DNA of 64,000 nucleotides from an uncultured Chloroflexia bacterium (GCA_963768655.1 CAVYIM010000004.1:192001-256000), one strand, 5' to 3'; shown: positions 39,190 to 49,083, counted from the stretch's first letter. Notes: generated by a model from the sequence alone, not told the origin. Translations and numbers: made by a program.

Positions 39190-39954
39190 ATGTACGCCCG
39201 CATTCGCAATGTCATCGCCGCCGTCGGGGCCGCCGCGCTGGTCGTGGTCTCGTCCTCGAGCGCGGGCGCCGTCTCGCCCGCTCCGGTTTCGGGAGGCCCT
39301 CTCGGTTCGGGAATCTGCGCGGCTCAGGCTCTGGCGGCGCGCACGGCCGGGACGGTGGTGGCGTTTCGGACCTTCGGCGATTGCGAGATAGGGCGTCGCC
39401 AGGTCACGCTCGCCAAGCTGACCTCGGCGGTCGATGGATCGACTGTTCTCACGGCGTCCGATCGGGCCGCGCTGACGGCCGAGATCGGGGCTGCATCGTC
39501 CGGCCTGGCCGACCTCAAGTCGACCATCGACGGCCAGGCCCGGCTTCCGGCACTGAAGCTCGAGATCGTCCAGATCAACTCCAGGTACCGCGTCTACCTC
39601 CTCGTCGCGCCGCAGGTCTATCTGGTCGACGCAGCCGACGGCGTGCTCGCGTTGCAGTCCTCCTTCACGCAGACGGCGGCGGACCTGGCAGCCCGGATCG
39701 CGACGGCAAGTGCGAACGGGAAAGACGTGACTGCAGCCCAGGCAAGCCTTGACGGCATGAACGGTGAAGTCGCCGCGGCCATGGCGCTGGCTTCGCCGCT
39801 GCCGGCGAAGCTCCTGCCGCTGACTGCGGCGGCGTGGAACTCCGGGCTAGCCGGGCCGGTTGTGAGGGATGCGCGCGCGGCGCTGATCTCGGCGCGCGGT
39901 CACCTCCAAGCCGCGGTCAAGCTCGGCCGCGCGGTGCTCGTCGCCCTGCAGTAG
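39190..39954 (+). CDS. Secreted alpha-helical hypothetical protein
   Basis: Sec-type signal peptide, two N-terminal Cys, heptad-like Ala/Leu-rich helices; AAGGA RBS. Confidence 0.7.
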   Translation: MYARIRNVIAAVGAAALVVVSSSSAGAVSPAPVSGGPLGSGICAAQALAARTAGTVVAFRTFGDCEIGRRQVTLAKLTSAVDGSTVLTASDRAALTAEIGAASSGLADLKSTIDGQARLPALKLEIVQINSRYRVYLLVAPQVYLVDAADGVLALQSSFTQTAADLAARIATASANGKDVTAAQASLDGMNGEVAAAMALASPLPAKLLPLTAAAWNSGLAGPVVRDARAALISARGHLQAAVKLGRAVLVALQ

Positions 39955-40059
39955 CGGCGGGAGTTGCGCGCGTCGCCCCGGCGGGCCCACAATCCACGCC
40001 CGTTTGCCGCGGCCTTCAGGAACCGGCTTTCCCTCTAGGCGTTGACCCTGGGAGGGTCT

Positions 40060-40086
40060 TCAGCCGCCGTAGCGGACCGCCGACTA
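40060..40086 (+). promoter_or_regulatory. Sigma28-type promoter
   Basis: TCAG-N15-GCCGACTA, 40 nt upstream of GTG 40127. Confidence 0.6.
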
Positions 40087-40126
40087 TTCCATACGGAGGG
40101 GCCGACACACTGGCAAGGAGCTACGC

Positions 40127-40861
40127 GTGGACGGCTTGTCATCGGTGCAGCTGAACGTCGCCTCGCTGGGCGCGTCTCAGCTCACATCCCCCCAGTCCTG
40201 GCGCACGCACAGCCATCCGGCAATGGATGCCGCGGCTACGACGCTGGGCATGAGCGCGAGCGACCTCCGCACTGCACTGCAGAGCGGCCAGAGCCTCGCA
40301 TCTATCGCCTCGTCCAAGGGCATCAGCGAGGACACGTTGACCGCGGCGATGGCGGCCGCGATCGAGCAGGCAAATCCCGGCATCTCCGCCGATCAGGCCA
40401 CCAAGGTCGCGACGGCGATCGCGTCCCGCACGCCTCCAACGGGTTCCACGCCCGCCCAGACCGGCAGTTCCAGCGGCGCCACCCAGGCGACGGCCGGGAC
40501 GACCGGAACGACCGGCACCACTGCAACCAGCGGCCACCACCATCACCACCACCATCACGCCATGAGCACGGCGATGGACGCGACCGCGCAACTGCTCGGC
40601 ACGACGACCAGCGCTCTCGAGACCTCACTCCAGAGCGGCCAGACCCTCGCCCAGATCGCGTCGGCGCAGGGCGTCAGCCAGAACGATCTGGTCACGGCGA
40701 TCTCGAACGCGCTGCAGCAGGCCGACTCGAACCTCTCCTCCGACCAGGCCACCCAGCTGGCCACGACCCTGGCCACCGGCACGCCGCCGGCCGGCGGGAC
40801 TCAGCCCTGGGCAACCGGGACGACGGGCACCTCGACGAGCACGTACAACGTCGTCGCCTGA
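40127..40861 (+). CDS. Hypothetical protein with a duplicated helical domain and His8 tract
   Basis: Two copies of MDA.A..LG....L.T.LQSGQ.LA.IAS..G.S; GHHHHHHHH between them; AAGGAG RBS. Confidence 0.75.
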   Translation: MDGLSSVQLNVASLGASQLTSPQSWRTHSHPAMDAAATTLGMSASDLRTALQSGQSLASIASSKGISEDTLTAAMAAAIEQANPGISADQATKVATAIASRTPPTGSTPAQTGSSSGATQATAGTTGTTGTTATSGHHHHHHHHAMSTAMDATAQLLGTTTSALETSLQSGQTLAQIASAQGVSQNDLVTAISNALQQADSNLSSDQATQLATTLATGTPPAGGTQPWATGTTGTSTSTYNVVA

Positions 40862-40880
40862 ACGCGTTCGCCGGACAAAC

Positions 40881-40922
40881 AAGCAGCCGGTCGCGGAGGG
40901 GGGGAGCGACCGGCTGCTTCTC
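40881..40922 (+). terminator. Intrinsic terminator
   Basis: aagcagccggtcgc ... gcgaccggctgctt followed by ctcattt. Confidence 0.75.
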
Positions 40923-41088
40923 ATTTGCGACCGGGCTGGATACCCGGCTCGGCCACGAGCGCATTGGGCCAGCCGATCCTGATGAAACGCTGAAATCTGG
41001 ACGCATTCGAGGGATTTCCCCGACCTCTTTCGGCGGGCATTTCCGCCGCGGCCGGGGCCAGCGGCTCCTGACCCACCCGTTCCCTGGC

Positions 41089-41985
41089 TCAGACCGTGGC
41101 GTCGGCGATGACGACCCGCTTCGCCGCGCGAAGGCCGTCGCGCCGCCCGCGCAGGTACCGCTCCGTGACGTCATCCGCGGTGAGGAACTCGACCGAGCCG
41201 AAGCCTGCCGCCCTCAGCCTGGCGGCAACCGCGTCCGGCTCGAGACGCGTGCGCCAGGGCTCGCCGATCGCGGCCATGCGGGCCGCGGCCGAACCGGGCA
41301 CGAGCGGGCCTTCCGTCGAGGCGTCCGGCCGGGAGAAGTTGAAGACGAACTCGCTGCCGCCGGTAAGCCCACCGGCCATGGCGAAGATCCGCTCGGCCGC
41401 GACCTCGCTCAGGTAGATCAGCACCCCCAGGCAGGCCAGGAACGCCGGCCGCCCGACGTCCAGCCCGGCGGCCTCCAGGCGGTCGCCCAGGTCGGCGGCC
41501 TCGAGGTCGGCCTCGGCGTAGCGCAGGTTCGGCGGCTCCTCGATCCCGGCGCGCCGCAGTCGGGCGCGCTTGTCGAGCTGGCTCGAGGCGTGGTCGACTT
41601 CGATGATCCGCAGGTCGCCCGCCCAGCCGGGCCGGCGGTAGGCGAACGTGTCCAATCCGGCACCCAGGATCACGTACTGGCGAATGCCGCGTCGAACCGC
41701 TTCCGCGAGGCGGTCCTCCGCGTAGCGACTCCGCACCACGACGTCGCAGCGCAGGGCACGGGAGACCGGCGTTCGCAGCCGGTCGGCGTGCTCACGGATC
41801 GCGTGCGCCGCCTCCGCGTCGAGGAGGCGCAGTGCCAGTGGGTCGTCGAGGATGGGCGGCGGATCGTCGATCAGGAGATGCGCCGCCCGCAGCCGCGCCG
41901 CTCCGAGGGCGGTGCTGCTCGCAGTGCGCTCGGGGACGAGGTCCCGGGGCGGCTCGCCGTTCGGGTGCACGGATTCGAACCCCAT
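41089..41985 (-). CDS. Class I SAM-dependent methyltransferase (LCM-like)
   Basis: QYVILGAGLDTFAYR, IEVDH, LGVLIYL. Confidence 0.88.
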   Translation of the reverse strand: MGFESVHPNGEPPRDLVPERTASSTALGAARLRAAHLLIDDPPPILDDPLALRLLDAEAAHAIREHADRLRTPVSRALRCDVVVRSRYAEDRLAEAVRRGIRQYVILGAGLDTFAYRRPGWAGDLRIIEVDHASSQLDKRARLRRAGIEEPPNLRYAEADLEAADLGDRLEAAGLDVGRPAFLACLGVLIYLSEVAAERIFAMAGGLTGGSEFVFNFSRPDASTEGPLVPGSAAARMAAIGEPWRTRLEPDAVAARLRAAGFGSVEFLTADDVTERYLRGRRDGLRAAKRVVIADATV

Positions 41986-42036
41986 GCCGGGACGATACCG
42001 CGAACCGGCCCGGCCGGGTGGCGCCGCCTCCGACGC

Positions 42037-43128
42037 CTACGGTCGGGCGGCCGCCCAGTCCTCAGCCGAAGTGGTGACCGGGGCGCCGCTCGAGGCCGAC
42101 TCTTCGATCGACAGCCCGATGAGATGGTCCTGGCAGCCCTCGGCCAGCGGGTACGGCGGCGCGCCCTCGCCGCGGCTCCACGCCGCCGTCGCCGTGAGCA
42201 TCGTGCCGATGGCGATCTCCTCGTCGCTGAGGCGCAGGCCCGGGAACGGGTTCCGGTACAGGATGGTGTCGCCGACGCTGATGTGGTCCGTGTCGAACCC
42301 GTCGAGGTCGAGGTCGTAGCCGGTCTGGCGGCGCACCAGCGGCGACCGCACGATCGTTCGAGGTCCGGCGAGCCGAACCACCTCGTCGCTGGCGATCTCG
42401 CCCGCGGAGCCACGGATCACGATCCGGCGCGAGCGGAGCTGGTTGTGCCATTGGTTGTCGGTGAAGTCGTAGAGCCCCATTGAGCCGCCGAAGTCGATGG
42501 TCGCGATCGTCGTCCCGGCGTCCTTCGGCCGGTCGTCGTCGGTCCAGGCGTCCTTCACCAGCGGATCGACGAGCGGCGCGACGAACGTCCTGGCGCTGAC
42601 CGCCGCAGGCTCGAACCGGGCGCCCAGGAAGGCCCGCATCAGCGCCACGGCGTGATACAGGTGCGTCGAGGAGACCTGCACGGACGTGACCTGCCCGATC
42701 GTGCCTGAGCGGGCGAGGGCGAGCCGCGACGCATGGCTCGGCATGAGCGGGTACTGCTCGGCGATCTGGACGAGACCGCTGGCGCCAACCGCCTGCCACA
42801 GGCGGCGGAGCCCCTCGAGGTCGGCCGCGGGCGGCGTCTCACACAGGACGGGCATTCCGAGCTCGACCGCGGCCCCGATCAGGCCCGGCGCAACGGTCCG
42901 CGGCACGCTGATCACGACGAAGTCCGGGTGCTGACTCGCGACGAGTTCCGCCACGGAGCCGTAGGCGGGCACGCCCCACCGCGCCGCCGCCTGTTCGCCC
43001 CGATCCCGGCTGCTTCCGATGAGCCCGGCGACCTCGATCCGGGCCGGCAGCAGGCCCGCCAGCCGCACGTAGAACCGCGCCCGCCAGCCGGTCCCGACGA
43101 TGCCGAAGCGGGCTGGCTTCGCGGTCAT
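42037..43128 (-). CDS. Gfo/Idh/MocA oxidoreductase
   Basis: FGIVGTGWRA, VLCETPPA. Confidence 0.85.
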   Translation of the reverse strand: MTAKPARFGIVGTGWRARFYVRLAGLLPARIEVAGLIGSSRDRGEQAAARWGVPAYGSVAELVASQHPDFVVISVPRTVAPGLIGAAVELGMPVLCETPPAADLEGLRRLWQAVGASGLVQIAEQYPLMPSHASRLALARSGTIGQVTSVQVSSTHLYHAVALMRAFLGARFEPAAVSARTFVAPLVDPLVKDAWTDDDRPKDAGTTIATIDFGGSMGLYDFTDNQWHNQLRSRRIVIRGSAGEIASDEVVRLAGPRTIVRSPLVRRQTGYDLDLDGFDTDHISVGDTILYRNPFPGLRLSDEEIAIGTMLTATAAWSRGEGAPPYPLAEGCQDHLIGLSIEESASSGAPVTTSAEDWAAARP

Positions 43129-43170
43129 CTCATTCTCCTGTCGCGGCGGGTTGGAATGTCACGACACGAC

Positions 43171-43605
43171 CTAACTGACCGTGTCGAAAGGGTTCTCGAT
43201 CTCGATCCCGGCGAATTGGCGTCCGGCCTGGAAGTCCTCGCTGACGAGGCGGACCGCCCCGGCACGTCGCGCAGCCTCGACAATGAGGGCATCCCAGAAC
43301 GACAGCTGGGCCCGGTCCTCGAGCGCTGCCGCGTCGAGGATCAGCTCGACGTCGATCTGAACGACGGACCACGTCGCGTACAGCGTGACGATCTCGCGAG
43401 CCTCCGACCGGCGCATCGGAGGTTCGAACTTGCGGGTCGCGACGACGTAGAACTCCTGGAGGACCTGGGTGCTCACGACCCCCGCGCGGTCCGCCCACAG
43501 CTCCTCCAGAAGCGCTCGGGCAATCGGCTGCTTGTCGGTCGCACTGGCGTCATGGGCGTAGACCAGGACGTTGGTGTCGACGAACGTCCGAGGGCCGGCG
43601 GTCAT
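43171..43605 (-). CDS. PIN-domain (VapC-like) toxin
   Basis: FVDTNVLVYA, STQVLQEF, SFWDALIVEAA, SEDF. Confidence 0.92.
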   Translation of the reverse strand: MTAGPRTFVDTNVLVYAHDASATDKQPIARALLEELWADRAGVVSTQVLQEFYVVATRKFEPPMRRSEAREIVTLYATWSVVQIDVELILDAAALEDRAQLSFWDALIVEAARRAGAVRLVSEDFQAGRQFAGIEIENPFDTVS

Positions 43606-43853
43606 CGGTTCCGTGGTGCCTCACGATCGTGCAGCTCGTCGCGCGTCCAGCTCCTACCACCGCGGGGAACGGCCTTCTTCAGGATCGCCTCGGCGCGTGC
43701 ACGGGCCAGCTCGATCCGTTCGTCCTCCTCTACGAGCTCAATCAACCTCGTGGCCGCGAGCGCGCTGACCGACGTCCCGCGTTTCGCCGCCACGACCCGC
43801 GCACGCTTGATCACTTCCGCGTCAAGTTGCAGCGTCAAATTCGCACGCGCCAT
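43602..43853 (-). CDS. Ribbon-helix-helix antitoxin
   Basis: NLTLQLD..VIKRARVVAAKRGTSVSAL..WTRDELHDR; overlaps the PIN start. Confidence 0.85.
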   Translation of the reverse strand: MARANLTLQLDAEVIKRARVVAAKRGTSVSALAATRLIELVEEDERIELARARAEAILKKAVPRGGRSWTRDELHDREAPRNR

Positions 43854-44149
43854 CGCCCGCTCCACAGTTCTGCCGTGGTCCACAGGATACCACGAGGCCA
43901 CGAGCGGCTCGTCGGCGCAGCAGTACGACTCCGTGGCGACCGCCGCCTCCGTGAAGCGACGCCCGATCACGTCAGGGCCACATGACCGGGCATACGACGA
44001 ACCGGCGGCCGTACGGCCGCCGGTTCGAGGGGAGGAAGGGATCCGCGCCAGGGCGCGGCGGAACGTCGCCACGGACCCGATCTGGGTCGGCCAAGGCTGG
44101 CCGCAGGACTGCCGAGCCGACGGGCTCGGCCGAATGCGAAGTTGCCGCG

Positions 44150-44320
44150 GATCTTGCCGATTCCGGGCACGACCGAGCGGGTGCGCCTCGAGGAGAACCC
44201 CGGCGCGGTCGGTGTTGAACCGACACCTGAGGATCTGCGCGAGATCGACAGCGCGGCCTCGAAGATCACAATTGAGGGAGCGCGCTACCCCGAAGCTCTG
44301 GAGGCGAGGACAGGTCTCCA
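44150..44320 (+). pseudogene. C-terminal remnant of an aldo/keto reductase
   Basis: ILPIPGTT...LEEN.GA..DLREI..GARYPE; no N-terminal part upstream. Confidence 0.7.
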
Positions 44321-44363
44321 GCCGGCCAGTGCCGCCAGGGCATTTCCAGACAAGGAGCAAGGA

Positions 44364-44762
44364 ATGCAGATCCAGCCGAAGCAGCCGACGGTGAAGGCCC
44401 CCGCTGAGACGTTCACGGGCGATGCCTGGTTCGACGTCATCGCCCGCGGCGAGGAACCATCCCGGATCCGCGTCAGCGTCGTTCGCTTCGCCCCGGGCGC
44501 ACGCAATGCCTGGCATGCGCATGCGGTCGGGCAGACGGTGCACGTGACCGAGGGTGTCGGGCTCATCCAGTCGCGTGGCGAGAAGGCCATCGAGATCCAC
44601 CCGGGCGACACGATCCAGACGCCTCCCGGCGAGTGGCACTGGCACGGTGCCGCGCCCGATCGCTTCATGACCCACATCGCCATGTGGGAGGCGCCTGCCG
44701 AGGGCCCCGAAACCGAGTGGGGCGCCCTGGTCACCGACGCCGAATACCTGGGCAATCGGTAG
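44364..44762 (+). CDS. Cupin-domain protein
   Basis: FAPGARNAWHAH..GQ, PGEWHWHGA, MTHIA; AAGGAG upstream. Confidence 0.9.
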   Translation: MQIQPKQPTVKAPAETFTGDAWFDVIARGEEPSRIRVSVVRFAPGARNAWHAHAVGQTVHVTEGVGLIQSRGEKAIEIHPGDTIQTPPGEWHWHGAAPDRFMTHIAMWEAPAEGPETEWGALVTDAEYLGNR

Positions 44763-44785
44763 CGGCCAGAAGAAGGAGGCTACCC

Positions 44786-45160
44786 ATGTCCGGTTGGACC
44801 GCTGACGAGCTCGCCAGGATAGGCACTGCCGACGAGCTCCAGATCGCGTCGCGACGCCGCGACGGCTCTCTTCGACCCTTCGTGACCATCTGGGTCGTCC
44901 GCTCAGGCGACGACCTCTACGTGCGCTCCGCTCATGGTCGGGACAACGGCTGGTTCCGGCGCGCGCTGTCGTCCGGCGAGGGCGGCATCCGTGCCGGCGG
45001 CATGGAGCGGGACGTCGCGTTCGAGGAGCCAGGCGCCGCGGTGGACGCCGACCTTCACCGGGCTTACCACGCGAAGTACGACCGCTACGGGCCGAGCTTC
45101 GTCGGTGCCGTGGTGTCGCCCGAGGCGGCGAGGTCAACCCTTCGGCTCGTGCCTCGATAG
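44786..45160 (+). CDS. DUF2255-like protein
   Basis: ELQIASRRRDGSLR..TIWVV, YVRS, AY..KY; GGAGG RBS. Confidence 0.8.
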   Translation: MSGWTADELARIGTADELQIASRRRDGSLRPFVTIWVVRSGDDLYVRSAHGRDNGWFRRALSSGEGGIRAGGMERDVAFEEPGAAVDADLHRAYHAKYDRYGPSFVGAVVSPEAARSTLRLVPR

Positions 45161-45202
45161 GCGGACCCCGACGTCCTGACCGGCCTGGAGCATCAGGGAA
45201 GG

Positions 45203-45245
45203 TGGCGCGGGAGACGGGATTCGAACCCGCGACACTCTGCTTGGG
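45203..45245 (-). repeat. Distal att site: copy of the tRNA-Gly 3' half
   Basis: 41/43 identity to 62378-62420, ending in the anticodon loop. Confidence 0.9.
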
Positions 45246-45331
45246 GGGGTCCTGCGTTCGCATGCGTTGTGACGTGAGCGTAGAAGATGGCGTCAGCGTC
45301 TTTCGACTCGGCCAGCGTCGCGCCGATCGGC

Positions 45332-47683
45332 TCAGCCCGCCGCGACGGGCTCCAGCCGCCGCCGGAGGTACTGCCCGGTCAGCGAGCCGTCGGCCCGGAC
45401 GAGCTCGGACGGCGGCCCCTCGAAGATCACCCGCCCGCCGTCATGGCCGCCTCCCGGACCCAGGTCGATCACCCAGTCCGCCCGGGCGATGACGTCGAGG
45501 TTGTGCTCGATGACGATCACGGTCCGTCCGGCCTCGACCAGCCGGTCGAGCAGGCCGATGAGGTTGTCGACGTCCTGCATGTGGAGCCCGGTCGTCGGCT
45601 CGTCGAGGACGTACACGTCGGCGGCGCCGGACATCTCGATCGCGAGCTTGAGCCGCTGGCGCTCGCCGCCCGAGAGCGCGTCGAGCTCCTGGCCGAGCGA
45701 GATGTAGTCGAGCCCTACGTCGGCCAGGCGGTCGAGCATGACCCGGACCGGCCGCTCGGTGAAGAAGCCGTGCGCCTCCTCGACCGACATGGCCAGGACC
45801 TCGACGATGTTCCGACCCCGCAGCCGGTAGCCGAGGACCTCGTCGGTGTAGCGACGGCCCTCGCACACCTCGCACACGCTGGCGACGTCGGCCATGAACG
45901 CGAGGTCGGTGTAGATCATGCCCAGGCCGTTGCAGGCCGGGCACGCGCCCTCCGAGTTCGCACTGAACAGCGACTCCTTCACGCCGTTGGCGGCCGCGAA
46001 TGCCCGCCGGATCGGGTCGAGGATGCCCGTGTAGGTCGCCGGGTTCGAGCGCCGCGAGCCCCGGATCGCGGACTGGTCGATGACAGTCACCGACGGGTCG
46101 GTGCGGGGCAGGCAGCCGTGAATCAGCGAGCTCTTGCCGGAACCCGCGACCCCGGTGACCGCGACGAGCACGCCGAGCGGCACGTCGATCGAGACGTCCC
46201 GCAGGTTGTGGAGCCGCGCGTTCCGGATCGGGATCGAGCCGCGCGGCACCCGCGGCTCCGGCTTCAGCTCCCGCCGGACGTCGAGGTGGCGGCCGGTGGC
46301 AGTACCCGACGCGATGAGGCCGTCGACCGTGCCTTCGTACACGATGGTCCCGCCGTGGGAGCCGGCGCCCGGGCCCATGTCGACGACGTGGTCGGCGACC
46401 CGGATCACCTCCGGGTCGTGCTCGACGACCAGGACCGTGTTGCCCTTGTCGCGCAGCCGGCGCAGCAGGTCGTTCAATTGGTGGACATCGTGGGCATGGA
46501 GGCCGATCGTCGGCTCGTCGAAGATGTACGTGGCGTCGGTCAGGCTCGAGCCGAGGTGGCGGACCATCCTCGTCCGCTGCGTCTCGCCGCCGGACAGCGT
46601 GGAGGTCTCGCGGTCGAGGCTCAGGTAGCCGAGGCCGATCGAGACGAAGCTGTCGAGGAGGGCAGCCAGCCGCTCGATGATCGGCCCGGCGTTCGGGGCG
46701 TCGAGGCCGCGGACGAACGAGGCGAGGTCGCTGATCTGCATCGCCGCGCAGTCGGCGATGTTCCGGCCCTCGATCCGCGACGAGCGCGCGAGCGCGTTCA
46801 GGCGCGTCCCCTCGCACGCGGGGCAGGCGGCGAACGTCGCCATCCGCTCGACGGCCGCCCGGATGATCGGCTGGAGCGATTCGGTGTCCTTCACGAGGTA
46901 GAGCCGCCGGATCTTGTCGACGAGACCCTCGTAGGTTCTCGGCACTTTGGTCTTGCTCGCGCCCGGCCCGTACAGGAAGAGCTGCCACTCGGCGTCGGTG
47001 TAGTCGCGCAGGCGCCTGTCCGGATCGAAGAGGCCGGACCGCACGAAGGTGTTCTGGTTGTAGGTGCCCGGCTGGAAGTTCGGGAACGTGATCGCGCCCC
47101 CGTTCAGGCTCAGGTCGCGGTCGACGAGCGCGTCGACGTCGACCGTCGAGACCCGACCGAGCCCCTCGCACTCGGCGCACATCCCGCCGCTGATCGTGAT
47201 CGACTTCACCTCGCGCGCCGGGCCGCCCTTCTTCTCGAGGGTGATCGCGCCGCGGGCCGTGCCGGCCGCGGTGTTGAACGAGAAGGCGCTGGCGGGCCCG
47301 ATGTGCGGCCGGCCGAGGCGGCTGAAGATGATCCGGAGCATCGCGTGGGCGTCGGTCGCGGTGCCGACCGTCGAGCGCGGGTTCGCGCCAAGGCGCTCCT
47401 GGTCGACGACGATCGCCGCCGTCAGGCCCTCCAGCGAGTCGACGTCGGGCCGGGCCGGCGTGCCCATGAAGCTCTGGAGGAAGGCCGTGTAGGTCTCGTT
47501 GATCAGCCGGCGCGATTCGGCGGCGATCGTCTGGAAGACGAGCGAGCTCTTGCCCGATCCCGAGACGCCGGTGAACACCGTGAGGCGCCGCTTCGGGATG
47601 TCGAGGCTGACGTCGCGGAGGTTGTTCTCGTGGGCGCCTCGGACCTCGATCGCGCCCCAGGCGTGCAGCCGCTCGTCATTCAT
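45332..47683 (-). CDS. UvrA-like ABC ATPase (UvrA2/DrrC type)
   Basis: GAHENNL, GVSGSGKSS, LSGGETQR, second GVAGSGKSS, LSGGERQR; 783 aa, shorter than canonical UvrA. Confidence 0.9.
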   Translation of the reverse strand: MNDERLHAWGAIEVRGAHENNLRDVSLDIPKRRLTVFTGVSGSGKSSLVFQTIAAESRRLINETYTAFLQSFMGTPARPDVDSLEGLTAAIVVDQERLGANPRSTVGTATDAHAMLRIIFSRLGRPHIGPASAFSFNTAAGTARGAITLEKKGGPAREVKSITISGGMCAECEGLGRVSTVDVDALVDRDLSLNGGAITFPNFQPGTYNQNTFVRSGLFDPDRRLRDYTDAEWQLFLYGPGASKTKVPRTYEGLVDKIRRLYLVKDTESLQPIIRAAVERMATFAACPACEGTRLNALARSSRIEGRNIADCAAMQISDLASFVRGLDAPNAGPIIERLAALLDSFVSIGLGYLSLDRETSTLSGGETQRTRMVRHLGSSLTDATYIFDEPTIGLHAHDVHQLNDLLRRLRDKGNTVLVVEHDPEVIRVADHVVDMGPGAGSHGGTIVYEGTVDGLIASGTATGRHLDVRRELKPEPRVPRGSIPIRNARLHNLRDVSIDVPLGVLVAVTGVAGSGKSSLIHGCLPRTDPSVTVIDQSAIRGSRRSNPATYTGILDPIRRAFAAANGVKESLFSANSEGACPACNGLGMIYTDLAFMADVASVCEVCEGRRYTDEVLGYRLRGRNIVEVLAMSVEEAHGFFTERPVRVMLDRLADVGLDYISLGQELDALSGGERQRLKLAIEMSGAADVYVLDEPTTGLHMQDVDNLIGLLDRLVEAGRTVIVIEHNLDVIARADWVIDLGPGGGHDGGRVIFEGPPSELVRADGSLTGQYLRRRLEPVAAG

Positions 47684-47695
47684 AGTCGGCGTTGC

Positions 47696-48124
47696 TCAGC
47701 TGACTGCTTTCTTCACGAGCGCGCCGATCCTTACCTCGTCGGCGGCGGTCAGGTCCTTCAAGGCGTAGGTGGTCGGCCACATGGCGCCCTCGTCGAGGTT
47801 CGCCTTGTCGCTGAAGCCCAACGTCGCGTACCTGGTCTTGAACTTCCGCGCGTCCTGGAAGAAGCAGACGACATTGCCGTCACTGCCATACGCCGGCATC
47901 CCGTACCAGAGTCTGGGCGAGAGGGCTGGGGCGCCGGCTTTGATGATCGCATGGAGCCGCTCGGCCATGGCGCGATCCGCGTCCGCCATCTCGGCGATCT
48001 TGGCGAGCACATCGGCTTCGCCGTCCGCCGCTTGGGAGGCCGCCTTGAGCTCCCTGGCGCGCTCCTTCATGGCGGCCCGTTCGTCGGCCGAGAATCCTTT
48101 GGAGGGCTTCCTGGCATCTACCAT
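47696..48124 (-). CDS. DUF1801/YdhG-like protein
   Basis: [26 protein letters not shown]. Confidence 0.85.
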   Translation of the reverse strand: MVDARKPSKGFSADERAAMKERARELKAASQAADGEADVLAKIAEMADADRAMAERLHAIIKAGAPALSPRLWYGMPAYGSDGNVVCFFQDARKFKTRYATLGFSDKANLDEGAMWPTTYALKDLTAADEVRIGALVKKAVS

Positions 48125-48151
48125 CGGGAGTCTCCTGTCGCTTGCGGGGGG

Positions 48152-48586
48152 TCAGACCGGCGTCTGCTGGGCGACCTTCGCCGGCTGGAGGATCCGAATC
48201 GCGTTGCCGAAGGGGTCCCGAAGGCCCATGTCGGTGCCGTAGAAGTGGTCGGTCGGCTCCTGGGTGAAGTCGGTGACTCCGCGCGACCGGAGCGATTCGT
48301 ACATGGCGCGGACGTCGTCCACGATGAACACGAGGCCACTCATCGCGCCTTTGGTGATCAGCTCGCGGAGCTGCGCCGAGGTCGCCTCGTCATGGAGCGG
48401 CGGGCCGGGCTGCTCCAGCGAGACCTCGGTCCCGCCGTCCACTCCGGGCACGCGGACGGTGAGCCATCGGTAGGTGCCCTGCCGGACGTCGTTGCCCTTC
48501 TCCAACCCGAGCTTGTTGACGTAGAAGTCGAGAGCCTCGTCCTTGTCGAGGACGTAGATCGAGGCCACGTTCAACCGGGTGATCAT
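48152..48586 (-). CDS. VOC/glyoxalase family protein
   Basis: ALDFYVNKLG, RWLTV, RDPFGN. Confidence 0.9.
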   Translation of the reverse strand: MITRLNVASIYVLDKDEALDFYVNKLGLEKGNDVRQGTYRWLTVRVPGVDGGTEVSLEQPGPPLHDEATSAQLRELITKGAMSGLVFIVDDVRAMYESLRSRGVTDFTQEPTDHFYGTDMGLRDPFGNAIRILQPAKVAQQTPV

Positions 48587-48624
48587 CGGGACTGCTCCTT
48601 TGCTGGCATCGAACGGTACGGAGG

Positions 48625-49083
48625 TCAGGCTAGGGGAGTCGCGGCCGCTCGCGCTTCTCCAAAACTGCTGAATCGCATCGCCGCCCCGGCAGAGATCATC
48701 GGCCGAGTCCCCGTCATCTGGACGCAGTTCGGTGCGGGCATCGGCCCGTGCAGCACGCGATGGCCGGAGGGCGTCTCGCCGACGATCTCGCGGAACGTGC
48801 GGCTGAAGGTCCCCAGGCTGGTGAAGCCGACATCGAAACAGATGTCGGTGACGCTGCGGTCGGTCTCGCGCAGCAGGAACATCGAGCGCTCCACCCGCCG
48901 CCGCTGCAGGTAACGGTGCGGCGTCTCCCCGAAGACGGCGCGGAAGCTGTGGATGAAGTGCGCTTCGGAGAGGTGGGCCACCGCGGCCACGGCGCGGACG
49001 TCGAGGGGCTCGGCGTAGGCGCGGTCCATGGCGTCGCGGGCGCGCAGCAGGCGCCGGTTCAAATCCTCGACTTTCAAGCTCAC
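48625..49083 (-). CDS. Small AraC-family regulator
   Basis: SEAHF..FGETPHRYL, VGFTSLGTFSRTF. Confidence 0.9.
   Translation of the reverse strand: MSLKVEDLNRRLLRARDAMDRAYAEPLDVRAVAAVAHLSEAHFIHSFRAVFGETPHRYLQRRRVERSMFLLRETDRSVTDICFDVGFTSLGTFSRTFREIVGETPSGHRVLHGPMPAPNCVQMTGTRPMISAGAAMRFSSFGEARAAATPLA

Noticed and set aside
45203-45245. Second functional tRNA-Gly
   Set aside because: Only the 3' half is present; it is an att duplication (same for 52835-52863)
45287-48913. 1208-aa plus-strand ORF and similar long antisense ORFs (e.g. 11961-14660, 9503-11782)
   Set aside because: Antisense shadows of real genes, expected in high-GC DNA; no recognisable motifs
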